NCBI GenBank assembly: GCA_003971905.1
Contig: RSEE01000003.1
Location: forward strand, 806,001-870,000
DNA from: Moniliella sp. 'wahieum'
Lineage: Eukaryota
Length of the DNA: 64,000 bases
Direction of reading: 5' to 3'
In this document: piece after piece, positions 25,682-41,118 of the stretch
How the letters are laid out: each line of letters starts with the position of its first letter
How positions within the stretch are numbered: position 1 is the stretch's first letter
Made by a program: the position numbers and the translations under genes
Notes under the pieces: generated by a model
What the model was told of the DNA's origin: nothing
The model's input: only the letters and a program-made list of their open reading frames with translations
Database searches by the model: none

Positions 25682-27205
25682 TTTTTTTTTCGAACCCTCC
25701 GCATCCCTCGTAGCCTTAACCACTGGGACAAGGACTGGAAAAGGATCCCCCGCTGACAAGCAACCTCTCCCCCCGACGAAAGGTGATCTTTAAGCTGAAG
25801 GATCGTTGATGCACAACGGTTGTTTTGTGTTTCTTTTTGTCACTGCATCACCCACAGCCTATATAGTCCGTCGGTACCACCAACAGAATGGTTCGGAAAC
25901 CTGTCTTTTCTGCAGTTCAGCCTTCTGAGACCGGCAGAGAGACGTCATGGGGGCGCGGTCATCACCATTATGAACACCGTTTCCACAATTTTGGTTCGGC
26001 TTGTTATGTGTATGATGATACAACCGCAGCTGTTGTTGTGGGCTACTATGGCTTCACCCTGGGCGTTTCCTATACAGCGCACGCAGAGACAGACGCACCA
26101 TGCCGGGGTGAGGGCTACCGTATCGAAGAGGAGGCATGTAGGCCTACTCGTCAAACAGGGGCAAAAAATACCACACGTACAACTTTTGTGTGGAGAGAAA
26201 ACTGTGGCAAAATGGATGCAACAGCCCAGCCTAAAATACTGAGGTGTTGTGGTTAAACTGGCGCTCTCCATTTCATCATCTCTATGGATGAGAAATGGGG
26301 GTAGATGGATGGCGTGAGGGAGATGTGCAGTTGACATTCGGTAGCGCCAAGTTGAAAGGGATATGAACTCGTTTCTTCGCCTTTGGTGGGGCACAGAACG
26401 TGCCTTGTGGCGGGTCATACCGGCATACGGGCTCACAACCTGTTATTATGAGAGGTGGTTCTCTGCTGTCATGCTTTTCACATCATGCATGATGCATGAT
26501 GAACACAACAATACCCAGTGTACTGAGAGGGCTAGTCACGCGAGCGAGTCACGAGACACTGCGCTCACTGTTTGCCGCTTGCTTTATTTGCACCAAGTAC
26601 GGAGTACTTCTACTCAGTGGCATCGCGGCAATACCTGCTAGCTACTGGAAGCATCGAGCATCATTAGTAGACGCCTCAGCCCGAGGCTCAGGCTGGCTCA
26701 AGCGCTGAGGCCAGAGGCCAGATGCCGGATGCTTTTAGGTCTTATTTGGCCTTACTGGCTGGGTCTTTGAGGCCTTGGGCCTTGGGCCTAACCTTAGCCT
26801 CCAGGGGGTCGTGTGCTTTTTGAGGGGTAGGGTTAGGGGGGTCTCTTGGACGGGATCATATCATCGATCGCCTGGTTACGTCAGAGAGCAGGAAGCGTGC
26901 CAGTGTCCGCGGGGGGCTCCGCTGACCCCCGCCGTGGAAAGCATGGTGCATGGGCGCGCGTGGTGACCTCACTCACTGGTGACTGGCTCGAGTGACTAGT
27001 GACTGGCCCAAGCTCTGCAACACCATCTCCTTCCTGTGCGATCCGATCGGCAGGCCCCTTCCCGCTCACCACCGAGGCCGACCGCTACGACCTCCACCTT
27101 CTTCTCGTCGCCGCCACTGCGCCCGCGTGTGCTTCCCCGCCGCTCTACCCCCTCCACCGTTCCGACCCCGATCGCCCGGTTGCCCGTCCCTGCGTGCCAC
27201 TGACC

Positions 27206-28287
27206 ATGTGGGGATCCTGGTCTCGCTCCGCCACCCCTGTTCCACCCACCCCGCCTGCTCCTCAAACTGGCCGGCCCGGTAAGTTGACCCCGGGCCAGCA
27301 GCACCTTCTCACCAAGTTCCGCCAAGAGCTTGAGGCGCGCGGATTGTATGTGCCGGAACGGATGGACGATGCCTACTGTGAGTGGTGCGCTGACCTAGGC
27401 GTGGGAAACTGGTGAGAGGTGGGTGAGAGGCTGACTGTGTCCTGACGACCAAAGTGTGTCGGTTTCTGCGTGCACGCAAGTGGGACCTGGAGGCGACAAT
27501 GGCCATGTTTGTTGAGGCTGAGGAATGGAGAACGTCATTTGGCGTGGATGAGCTGTACAAGAACTTTGATTATCCGGAGGCCAAGCAGGTGGACAAGTAC
27601 TATCCGCAGTACTACCACAATACCGATAAGGATGGTCGTCCGATCTATGTTGAACAGCTGGGCAAGTTGGATCTGAACGCACTGTATCAGGTGACCACGC
27701 CAGAGCGGCAATTGCAGCGCTTGGTGGTCGAGTACGAGCGGATGCGTGTCGAACGGCTTCCGGTTTGCTCGGCCGAGAAGGGAGAGCTGATCGAGACGAG
27801 CTGCACGATTATGGACTTGAAAAATGTGGGCGTGTCCCAGTTTTGGAAAGTGTCGGGGTACGTGCAGCAGGCCAGCAAGATTGGTCAGAGTTACTATCCC
27901 GAGACGATGGGCAAGTTTTATATCGTCAATGCGCCTTACATTTTCACCACAGTTTGGTCTGTCGTTCGCGGCTGGCTCGACCCCGTCACTGTTGACAAGA
28001 TCAAGATTTTGGGGAGCGGATACGAGGAGGAACTTCGCCAGCAGATTCCAGCGGAGAACTTGCCGGCCGCCTTGGGCGGCACATGCTTCTGTCCCGGAGG
28101 GTGCTCATTGTCCAATGCTGGCCCGTGGCAAACGGACACAGGCAAGCAAATCATTGCTCATGCTCAACAGGCCGCCTCGCAGCGCCAAGAAGAACATCTC
28201 CGCCGCGTCTCTTCCTCTGCGCAGGCACACACGCCCAACGGCACGGAGAGTCAACTTGCTTCCCCACCGGAGAGCAAGCAAGCTTGA
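27206..28287 (+). CDS. SEC14: Phosphatidylinositol/phosphatidylcholine transfer protein (CRAL-TRIO)
   Basis: RMDDAY|LCRFLRARKWD, YYPQYYHNTDKDGRPIY, IETSCTIMDL, YYPETMGKFYIVNAP, WLDPVTVDKI. Intron 27378-27454. Confidence 0.95.
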
Positions 28288-29245
28288 CCACACCACCCCT
28301 TTCTCTGTTGCCGCTATCCTTCTTTCGCCTCTTTGGCAGCTACGAATCCAACCTTTCCACTTTCCCGTCCTACCCATCTTCCCTTTCCTATGCCACTGGC
28401 TAGCAGCATGATCTACCCTCGCGAGGTCGGTCGTGGGGCTGAACGCTGTCCGAGGCACAACAATGGGTCCCGAGGGCGGGGTGAGCGTCTTGCATCATTG
28501 GCATCCATCTCCCCATCACGGCCGCTCTGTTTCTCTCTTCTCATTCCCCTTCCCTTTCCCTGATGCAAAGAACGGGAGTAATATAAAAAAACAGTTTGTG
28601 GCTGCGTAGGCCAGGCCATGGTAGCGGCAGAGGGAAAGGTACCGTTCCCCCACTCAAAGGGTTAGGGGAGCAGAACATGAGTGCTATTGATTCCCTTCAT
28701 TAACGAGAGTGCATGCTGTGCTCCGTTGCGCGGGTAGTAGCAAGATATCCATAACAATGAGAACACGTCCCGGAACGCCGCACTGGGAACCCCACAGCGC
28801 CACACGCCCACGGAGGCAAGCGTAACCGAGGACAGAATACTAAAGGGAGGCAAGAAGCTAGGGGCTGCTCTTACCCGGGAGAAGGGGAGAGAAGCAGGGC
28901 CAGAAAGGGGGGGTGGGGGGGGGCAGGGGGGGCAGCCTAGTGGAAAGGGGAAGTACTAATAGCCATCATGAGACAAAACCCATCCATATACGGATGAGTA
29001 ACAGGAAGGTGTCCGCCACCCGAATTGGGTCTCTTAACACGGGAACAGGAGGAAGCGAAGCACGAGGGAGGCGGGAGCATAGATGAGTCGGAGTAAAAAT
29101 GAATCAATGGGGACGTGAAGCTAGCTTGAATGGTGTCAGACAGGGATAACGATGAGTACTGAGTGTCATCGGGTCAGCGCGTTGAGGAAGGCAGGGGACG
29201 TTGATAAAGCAGGGATTTTGGAGGGAGGCTGTGTGCTTGGAGAAG

Positions 29246-31496
29246 TCACCTGCGTCGGAGAAGGTAGATGCAGATCTCAAACTCGATCCGGTGCAGCGGG
29301 ACATCAGGCGAGTCGAGACGGGTTTGGAGCACGTCGTAAATCGAGTCGAGGGTAAACGCGATTGCTCCCTTGCTAAGACGCCGCGTAGCCAACAAGTTTC
29401 GCCAATGCGCCTCGTACAAGTTTTTGATCAGGGCCACCACATGCTCTGCATACGCCACCCGCGACAAGGCCCCCGCATCGTACGAGACCCAGGCTGGATG
29501 TGGCACACGCAGCGGTTCAGGTTCGCTTATAGGGCGAGGCAGCGTGTGTGGGGGAAGAAGGCGGGCACCCAGCCACAATACCCCCGGGCGCAAGAGAGCA
29601 GGCAGGCGTTGCAGACTCAGACTCGAATGCAGAGCACTCACTCGAGTGGAGCAAACCGGGGCCACCTCATTGGGGTAGTCGCCCAACCCGCATGCCCAAT
29701 CGACCTGCCACAACTCCTTCAGGCGCGCAACGTGGCGACCGACTGAGCTGTTGTGCGTGGGTAAAGCGGTAGAGTAAGCATAAAGCGGGCCACGTCGGCT
29801 TGCAGCATGTCACAAGATACGAGCCGTTGGATGCTTGGGGCCAGCAAGCCGCTGAGGACCGCCCAACATCTGTCGTGGACGCTGGGCGATCCAGGTGGTC
29901 TGGGCCAGGGATGGTGGTAGACTGCCGCCGCGAGAGGAGGGAAGTAGGATGCGATGAACTCTCGCCTCGGGCAATGTAGGCAACCACCAAGTAGGCCCCT
30001 TTTCTCAACTCGGTCGCGCGTGCTTGAAGGAACTGAGTGAGTTCAGAATCGGCAAGAAGGGCATTGGCTCGGTCCGAAGCAGAGGGCGGGGCAGGCAGAT
30101 TGTGACCCCAGTGGAGGTCCAGCATCGACACACCAAAGTCGATACTGGATCTGGGCGCGACACGCACTCCAAAAGGACGATCGGAAAAGGAGTGGCACCC
30201 CTTCGGACGAAACCCCCCGTGTCCGCGCAGCCCAGCCAGGAGCCAAGTAGGAGTCCGGGTCGGACTCGAGGGCGGTCATCAAGCTGCGGAAATCGGCGCC
30301 GGGCGCATCGCAGTGCAGGACCCAAAAGTCCGTGTCCGTACCACCCTCGACGGGGTGACCTTCGGCGTCGGCGTCGGCGTTGGCAGAGGTAGAAGGAGAC
30401 GAATGCGGCTGTTGCGCCATCGCCCCCGCCAAGCGGGCGATGATGGCTTGGATCAACGGATAGCCACGTCCATGAACCGCGCCATACTCGGCTACCTGCA
30501 CGATCTGCCTTGGTTCCCGCGGCGGCAAACGGCCGTCTTGAATCAGCACATCCAGCGTGCTAGCCACTTTGCTGCGCACTGCCGCGCCCAGCTGGGTCCC
30601 ACCTCCTAGCCTATGAAGGCCAGGGGCATCATGACAGCCACCGACGTGGGCGCCTAGCGTATCAGCCGCTTCGCCCGTTGCGGTCTGGGATCCCTCTCGT
30701 ATGACTCCAGTTCTGGAAGCGAACGAGGCGGCAGAAGAGATAGAAGAGCGGGGGGGGTCTTGGAGGTCGGAGGCGCTATGGAGCGAAAGGGACCGGGGCA
30801 TGATATCAGAGGGGGAGTGGGACAGAGACATGTTGGTGGAGCAGGAAGATGTCCTGCGCTGCACACTGCCTTTGGCGGCGCCTGAGGCCGAGGGGATGAC
30901 ACGCCGCCTCGGCTGGGGGTGCGAACTGTCACGTCCATCTCTGGTGATAGGGACCGGGACGAGGAGCGTGGCAAGCCGCGCAGTGCGGTAGGCCATGGCG
31001 AGGTGGGGGACGGGCAGGCTTGGGCAGCGGCCGGCTGGGATACGGGGGGGAGACGAAGGAAGGGGAGACAGGTAGGTGGCGCGAGGCGGTGCGCGGGCGG
31101 TATTGGCCGAGCTGGCTGGAGTGGAGGGCTGCGGGGCGGACGAAGCGGAGGTCGGGTGGTGTTTGCGTCGGATGGGGGCGGCCGAGGCCAAGGTGGAGGC
31201 CGGTGGCGAAGGCAGGGCTGAGATGCGGGAGGGAAAAGTAGTCTGCGTGGAGCGTAGGGGAGCGGGCCGGGTAGGAGCCAGACACAGATTGCTGCGAGGA
31301 GGGTGGGCGGGGCGGGCGGGTAACGGGGCGGGAAGCGGAGGCGGCGGGGGAGTGGGGCAGGATAGGTGCAGTTGCGGGGCCGTAAGCACGAAGGGCGGAG
31401 GCAGAGGCAGAGGTGGTGGCGGGCGGCGGGGCAGCTGGATCCGGCGTGGACGTGGATGCGACCGATCGGGAGGGCTGAGGGGCGCTGGCCACTCAT
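29246..31496 (-). CDS. SAM-dependent carboxyl methyltransferase-like protein (SABATH / Methyltransf_7-like) with long disordered N-terminus
   Basis: Ordered motifs QVAEYGAVHGR, VLHCDAPGADF, PRSSIDFGVSMLDLHW and ELTQFLQARATELRKGAYLV parallel the SABATH motifs IADxGC, DLPxNDF, PxxSxxxxxSxxxLHW and DxxxFLxxRxxELxxGGxxV. Start uncertain (31496 or 30996). Confidence 0.68.
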
Positions 31497-31564
31497 CTTC
31501 GGCCCATCAGCATTGTCCCCATGCGCAGGCGAGGGCAGGGGAGGGAGGGAGGGAAGGAGAGAGG

Positions 31565-31673
31565 GATGGACGCGATGGATGGATGGACGGATAGATGGAC
31601 GGATGGATAGACGGATGGATGGATGGATGGATGATGATGGATGGATGGATGGATGGTACGTGATGGACGGATG
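31565..31673. repeat. (GGAT)n-type microsatellite
   Basis: Directly visible imperfect GGAT/GGAC tandem upstream of the methyltransferase-like gene. Confidence 0.9.
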
Positions 31674-32960
31674 AGAGTGATATGCATGACGGCTATACAT
31701 GGGTTGGTCCGACGCCTGGGAGTGGGGAGTTTGAGTTTGGGGGCGTCAAAGCTTCAGGACTGAAGCTTCACGTTGAAGCTTGGAGCCTGAAAAGCGCAAG
31801 TAGACTGTTCCCCTTTTCATCTATACTCTCAGTACTCGGTATTAGCCGCCAGGTACACGTACCGAGAAGTGCCAATCAAAAAAGGAATACTGCGCATACA
31901 GCATCTCTACACGTACTCCTATTACACTACACCTGACCTGCCACAAACGTACCTACTAGCCTCCGAAACCCTCAGTGATAGTGATAATCGATAACTGGTA
32001 GCCGGTAGCCGCCAACCCCGCCATGTACCCTAGCCAATGCTGGCCTATGTGGTGGATTGATCGCGATCATCGCGCTGCTCGATGAGATCGATCGGCCGAT
32101 CGACTGATCCCTCCTGAGCCGCCCCAATGTTCAACACGTTTAACACCCCACAACACCCAAGTCCAGGAGCCACCTCGCTACCTCGCCATCCTGCCTACTG
32201 CGCCAGCTCGCGGTGGCGCACACCCTTCGCCTACACCCTCACCCACCTGTCGCACAACCTCGTACTCGCGTGCATCACGCGTCCGCAACACTAGAGTACT
32301 CGCTACTGTGTGATGTCACGGGCCAGTACAGCGCCTAGTCGCTACCAGCCCCTGTCGACTACGACCATCGACTATCGTCCTGTCCGGGCACACGAGTTGC
32401 GTAAGCGCTAAGCAGTCTTGGTGGCCAACAACATTTCAACGCAACTGGCCGCATGTACCCGCTGGGGGGGCTAGGCGCTAGCGCAAGCCGCTGCGGTTCG
32501 TGGGGGGCTACGTCATGGCGTCATCTCCAAGTGCCATGCAAATGTAATTCCGCCCCGCCGGGGACTACTCCCGCATCTGAGATCTGATGAACGATCGGCG
32601 GCGATGCGACAGGCGCCTGGTCTCTGCAGGGCGCCGCGCAGTTAGCCACGCCTGCGCACCTGCCCAGCCTCCAGCCTCCCGTCCCAACTTCCTTCACGTT
32701 TCAATTGGTACAGAGTGCTCCAGTGGCCCGGCTGACCAGTGACCCTCATCCAACCGGGCCGTGCGCACTAGCACTGGTCAATCCCAGTTGGCTGCGATAC
32801 GACAGCCGGCGGCCGCCTGGAGCGTCGCGCAACCCTAACCCCGCCCAGCCGCCCGGTTCGATAACACATGCTCTCCTTTCGCCTGGGGCGATAGCTCAGC
32901 TCAGCCGGCCCGCCACCCGCACCGCCACCACCACCGTCTCTCCTCCCACCCCCTGTCTCC

Positions 32961-34415
<1,455 letters not shown>

Positions 34416-35070
34416 TGAAGCCACGAGTTCGTCAAGTGATGTAGAACCGAGGTTCCGTTTATATCCATAGGGCCCCCCCAGGCGACAGAGAGAATGCAGT
34501 GACTTTTTCGGGGCGATGAATGAATGACGATGAATGGCAATGAATAAGGGGTGTAGCTGACAATAGTGCTACTGATCCTGGGGAGCATCCTCTGTACGTT
34601 CTCCAGTCGTCCGCCGTTGAGCTCGCTGAGACGAACCGGGCTCAGCACAATTGGGCATGATGCATGATGCATAGCATGTGACGGGTGATGGTTACAGTCC
34701 GCTGAGCCTGGCAACGTCCTCGACGTTCCCAAGCTGGAAGAACAAAAAAAATTACCACGCGTTCAACGTTCACGTTCACTTGACTACCATCCGCCGTGAG
34801 CGCTGAGCCCCCCCTTCCGTGGCCCGCCCTTGCCCTTTGCTCTTACGGCTTGCGTCAACTAGCGCGGTGGGCCCTAGCACAGCAGCTAGTGGGCCCGCTT
34901 CCCGTGTGACTTTTCCGCCATTTTCGCGCTTCGTACGCTCGCGCGCGCACGCCCGGGCCGTGTCTGGCCGGCTGGGTCGGGTCCGAGGGAGCGAGGCTGC
35001 GTCTCCCCCCTCTGCGTGCGGCACGTGCGGCTCGTGTCGCTGCCCCTGTAGCGCCATCGGTGTGCGCAAC

Positions 35071-35760
35071 CTGAGTACCCAAACTGTCCATGAAGCCTTG
35101 GCCAAGGCCGCTGACCAAATCGACAACAGCACCCCGTTTGACGCGGCGCGGGTGACGGTTGTGTTTGTCCTGGGCGGACCGGGGGGGGGCAAGGGCACGC
35201 AAAGTGAAAAGTTGGTGCGGGACTATGGCTTTGTGCACTATCTGCTGGGGACTTGCTTCGGCGGAGCAGAGTCGCGTAGGCAGTCTGTACGGTGGTCTGA
35301 TTGCGGATTGTATCAAGAATGGGACATTGTGCCGCAGCAAGTAACGATTGCTCTGTTGCGCAATGCGATCCAAGCGGCGTTGGATCGGGCAGCGGAGCAA
35401 GCTTGTCCGCCTACGGGGTGGCGCGGAGGTCAAGGCCGTTCTTGGTCGATGGCTTCCGCGTAAGTTGGACCAAGGCCAGACGTTTGATGCCAAAGTGTGT
35501 TCTTCGGCATTTGTCTTGTTCTTGGCCGCGACCGAGGAGGTGATGCTGAACCGCCTGTTGGATCGTGGCAAAACCTCCGGAAGAGCCGATGACAATCTCG
35601 ACTCGATCAAGAAACGTTTTCGTACGTTCGAGCAGACCTCGATGCCGGTCGTCGAGTACTATCGCAGCCAAGGTAAGGTGGTACAGTCGAGGCGCTCAAA
35701 TCCCCCGATGAAGTCTACAACGACATTCGCGCCGCGATGGATAAGCACTTTACTCGCTAA
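35071..35760 (+). CDS. URA6: UMP-CMP kinase (adenylate kinase family); start codon uncertain
   Basis: VVFVLGGPGxGKGTQ, YGFVH, FLVDGF, RLLDRGKTSGRADDNLDSIKKRF, TSMPVVEYY. Several indels; no in-frame ATG upstream (see findings). Confidence 0.92.
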
Positions 35761-35920
35761 TTGGTAATTGGGCTATGCCCTTCTAAAAAAAGAAAGACGG
35801 GAGGCGGGGGGCCGTTAAATGTGTTTTTTTTTTTCTTCTTCTTGGACCCAAGCGGGGGCGCGGTGGCACAACGTAGACCAGAGTGTAGCTGAACCAAGTG
35901 CGACCAGGGCTGCTTGGCGC

Positions 35921-37166
<1,246 letters not shown>

Positions 37167-38272
37167 GGGGGTGGTGGGGCGGGCCGGCTGGATAGCACAC
37201 GGGTGCGTTGGTCGAGTGGAAGATTGGGTGGGCTGAGGTAAGCAGCTGGGCCAGCGGGAGGACGGATGGGCGAAAGAGCGGATCGACTGATCAGGCATCG
37301 ATCGCAGCTGGCAGGCATCAACGTTGAACGTTCGTTGAACGTTCAACCCATGTCTCCCTCGGCATTGCGGCTGCGGGTGGGCCTGCGCTTCCGGCCGCGT
37401 GTGGGATGCGCAATGCTTAATGCGGCCCGCTGAGCGCTGCTCTCACGTGCGCCCGTACGTGGCTTCAACTTTCAGATCTCAGCACACGGGTGCCATTTGA
37501 AATGTAAGGCGGCACGCGACATGTGGCATGCGTGTGGACAGGCTCTCTGCGCCGTCCGAGGCGGATAGGACGGCCAAGGCCAAGCCACCGCCTGCCACGG
37601 CAAGCCTCTACGCCGAGTCCGATCGATTCAGCTGGTGCGCACTGGTCCACCTCGTCCCGCTTGCCTCTCCCCTCTCCCCTCTCAGTACTCGCTTGGCCGT
37701 GGCATTGTGGGCTGGATTGAGCATGGACATGGACATGGACATTGGGCACACGTACTCAGTACTCAGTTGGCAGTTGCTAGCTGCTAGTCATCTAGTCAGT
37801 CACTCACAGCGCCAGGCTGAGCGCCCGAGCAGCTCAGCCCCTGGCCTACGCTGACGATTAGATCTCAATTGATTCGCTCGGACGATGCGGCGCGGGTGGG
37901 CGCTCAGCCGCTCAGCGGTCAGGCTGAGCCTCAGCAATGATGAATGAGTGGCTAGCGTATATAGGCGTGAGGAAAGCGTGACAGCCATGCTGAGTCGCAG
38001 TGCGCTCAGTCCACCCCGCCAGAGACTCGGTCTGAGTCCTTCCCGCCCTGCCCGATTGTGCAGTGGAGCTGGCGTTGGCCTGAGCAGCCTCATCTGCGCC
38101 CGTATCCTTCTGCCTCCCCACCCCCCACACCGGCCGCCGTTGGCCAGCTGCTGCATGTGAGCGTGTGAGTGCTGGTCACGAGCTTCAAACGCGAGCTTCA
38201 ACGTGAGCTTCAAGTTGCGCTTGTCCTGGACGGTCTTGAGAGCCTACTCGTGTGTGTAGACCTGTACGCACC

Positions 38273-40315
38273 ATGCTCATCCACCCCACGCCCGCTGTCC
38301 AGCACCCCGCTCCCCCCGACTCGGCCGCGCCAGCCTCTCCATCGGTGTCTGCCGTCGCCCCTTCTGCGTCGCGTCGGACGGTCTCTCTCGACTGGACTGG
38401 TGCGTGGGTCGATCCAGAGGCGCCAGCGCATGCGGTCCATCTCTCGTCCCCCAGGCGCCGTCGCCGTGGTCGAGGCAGTGGATGCAGCGGGGATCGCCGA
38501 TCCCGACCCTGGCACTGCCAGTGTTCCCCGTTTCCCTGCCCCTCGTCCCACCCGCCTGGTTCATCCCATCGCCCACCGTGCGTCGCAGGATTCCTTCTCC
38601 CCATCCGACGCTCGCATCCAACCTCCTTCCTCCAGGCACACCCACGCTCACCCTCGCAGTGCGTCCCTCCGGCCCCTGTCCCTTGCCTCTACGCCCATCC
38701 CTTCCCCCTCTTCGCCCATGCTCAGCAGCTCGGCCACCACTCCCTCTGTTGCCGTTGAGCGCGCCCGCCTTCACCGCCACCGCTCGCGCCGCTCCTTTAA
38801 GCGCACCGGGCGCCCTCATACGCCGTGGGCGCGTCTGCAACGTCACTGGGTCGTAGTCATCATCTGCCTCGCCTCGCTCGCATGGAACTGGACGCTGTAC
38901 CGGTTCGCCCAGCTTGGAAGCTAGATGTCCGCGCTGCTTCCCTCCCCGTCTCGGCCGCTCGTACCTTACGCCTCCTGCCTGCTCTGCACCAACCCCGACC
39001 CCCCTGGTCTTCCCAAAGGGTCCAGATACCCCCGGATTCGTTTCAACGGCCGGCATGAACCGCCCGCGTCAGTCATCCCCTCCTCTGGCAGACCCTTACC
39101 GGCTGATGCACAGTCCGCTTCTTCCGCACCCAGCATTTGGCCCTTGGATCGCCTTTGGCCGTGGGGCTCGCCGGCAGGTGCCGGGCCGGACGCATCGACT
39201 GGCACTGTTGGTACCCCTGCGTTTCCCAGTACTCCCCCTTCTGGACCGTCTGGTTCCAACCAGGCCAAGCATCACCTTTCCCATACAGAAAGAGCACCCC
39301 TTTTCACCCAGCGCCTTCGCGTGGTCCGAGCCACTAGAGCAGAAAAACGAAGCCGACGCGGGCGTACGTAAGGATACATCGACCCTATGGCCAAACTTAT
39401 TGCGCATGTACGCTCTTACCGGTGTCGCCTGTTCGGTGGCGGGCTTGTTGGGCGTACTCAAACGACGAGTGGCGACTGTTTTTGGTCTATGTGGTACAAC
39501 AAACTGCCGACTTTGCATTGGTCATGGTTGTCGCCGTCATCCTGGCTGTCTCGCTGTACCACCCGGCGATGCAACTGTACGTCTGCTACCTCTTCTCCCC
39601 CTCGGGCTCATCTCCCTTTGGAGCGGACAAACCCACGCCCACGGTGGCAGTGCCCCCCCTGTCTGTGCCGCCCAGCATGCCCAGTCTTCCGCTTGGCCCC
39701 GCTTCGTCAACATCAACATCAACATCAACATCAACAGGAACATCCGCGACAACATCCCCGTCAGCAGCCTCGTTGGGCCTAGGTTTGCTGTCGGAACTGA
39801 CGAGTTTGGACTACGCGTCGGCAGAATGTGCACGCAAGGTGCGTCATCGGTTCCTCCCACCGCTCTGGCTGGCCATCGTGATCTCATTGGCACTACGTTC
39901 TGTGGTGGTGGTGCAGACGGTGCGGTACCTACGCCATGCGCGGTGGCGGACCAAACGGCGAAAGGCGCATGCCCACTCTGCTCTCCTCCTAGAAGATTCA
40001 GATGACGCGCCTGATTCGGTGCATGTTGCGCCCATCCCTGTTCACGCAGCTGGCTTGGACCACACGGAGAGCGCCGCCACTTTGCCTCATCTGCTTCCAA
40101 CGTCAATGGCGACGCAGGCGACGATGCCAGTTGCTGTGGCTGCCAAAGTATCCGATACGACTGCTTCCCCAGCTTCGTTCCCATCTACCGTACCGATCGC
40201 CTCCACCTCCTCCCCGTTCCTCCTCGATCCGCTCCAGAGCCCCGCCCCGCCCCACCTGGACCTCGAAGCTGAACTGCTAGAGTTGGCTTGGCAAGAAGGC
40301 GACATGGTACCTTGA
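38273..40315 (+). CDS. Hypothetical membrane protein with about 4 transmembrane helices and Pro/Ser-rich termini
   Basis: Hydrophobic segments HWVVVIICLASLAWNW, YALTGVACSVAGLLGVL, ADFALVMVVAVILAVSL and LWLAIVISLALRSVVVV across frameshifted ORFs; two Cys flank the last loop. Confidence 0.55.
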
Positions 40316-40805
40316 CGTTAGCCATCTCCTGTGGATGGCGGGAGAGGATGAGACGAAGGGGAGATCAAAGCTACATCATTGACTTGGCCAACTGATGGAC
40401 CAAGAATGATGTGGACAGCCAGGGGCCCACGTGCTTTCCCTCCCCCCTCCCCCGCCTCCAAACTCAGCTTAGGCTTGTTCCGGTTGCGATTCTGCGAAGG
40501 GGCCCTGGGTTCTCTTCTCGCACTTTCCTCCTTCCCCGAAACGGTAAGCTGTCCCCAAGTGTCATGTTACATGTTAAGTATCAGGTTAGCATCCAAGTTA
40601 CCAGGGGCAACGCACGAGAATGAACTGAAAAAAGCAGGGTCAGGCTACAGGCTCTCTGGATCTGTATTTTTAATGGGCAGGATATGGGGTCCTTGCGACC
40701 CGTACTGGCATTGTCTTCGTGGTTCCAGGCAGGCAAGCGCAGCAGCTCACATGGCGAGCAAAAAATGGACAGGCAATTCGCTCAGATAAGCCCCCCAGAA
40801 AAGGA

Positions 40806-40896
40806 TGACGAGAGTGGGATTCGAACCCACGCCCCGGAGGACTGCGGTACAGACAGAAACCTGAACACAGCGCGTTAACCACTTCGCTATCTCGCC
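40806..40896 (-). tRNA. tRNA-Leu(CAG) with about 12-nt intron
   Basis: Reverse complement: acceptor GGCGAGA/TCTCGTC, discriminator A, anticodon arm CTGTG-TT-CAG-G...CGCAG, extended variable arm, T-arm GTGGG-TTCGAAT-CCCAC. Confidence 0.9.
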
Positions 40897-41118
40897 TGGA
40901 TGGCAGGCCGGCGGCTTCAACAAAATCCATCTGTACAGAGGGCAAAAGTGCAAATGCCAGCTGCCCCATTCTTCCTACGTGCTGCTATAATAACTCAGGA
41001 GTGCTAGAACCATGCTTTTCATAACCTGTCCAAGGGAGCTGTGTGTTGGGGTTGAAGAAGTTAAGCTTTAGCCACGTTGAGCTGGGTTGAGCAAGAAAGA
41101 ACCTTTTCCTGGGTAAGG

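Noticed and set aside
25820..26256. Two overlapping ORFs (140 and 122 aa) as a small secreted protein
   Set aside because: No clear signal peptide, family motif or splice evidence.
40806..40896. tRNA-CAG as a sign of CUG codon reassignment
   Set aside because: Discriminator A and G37 fit Leu identity, and CTG codons occupy conserved Leu positions (e.g. HSP70 IDLG, SEC14 RFLR).
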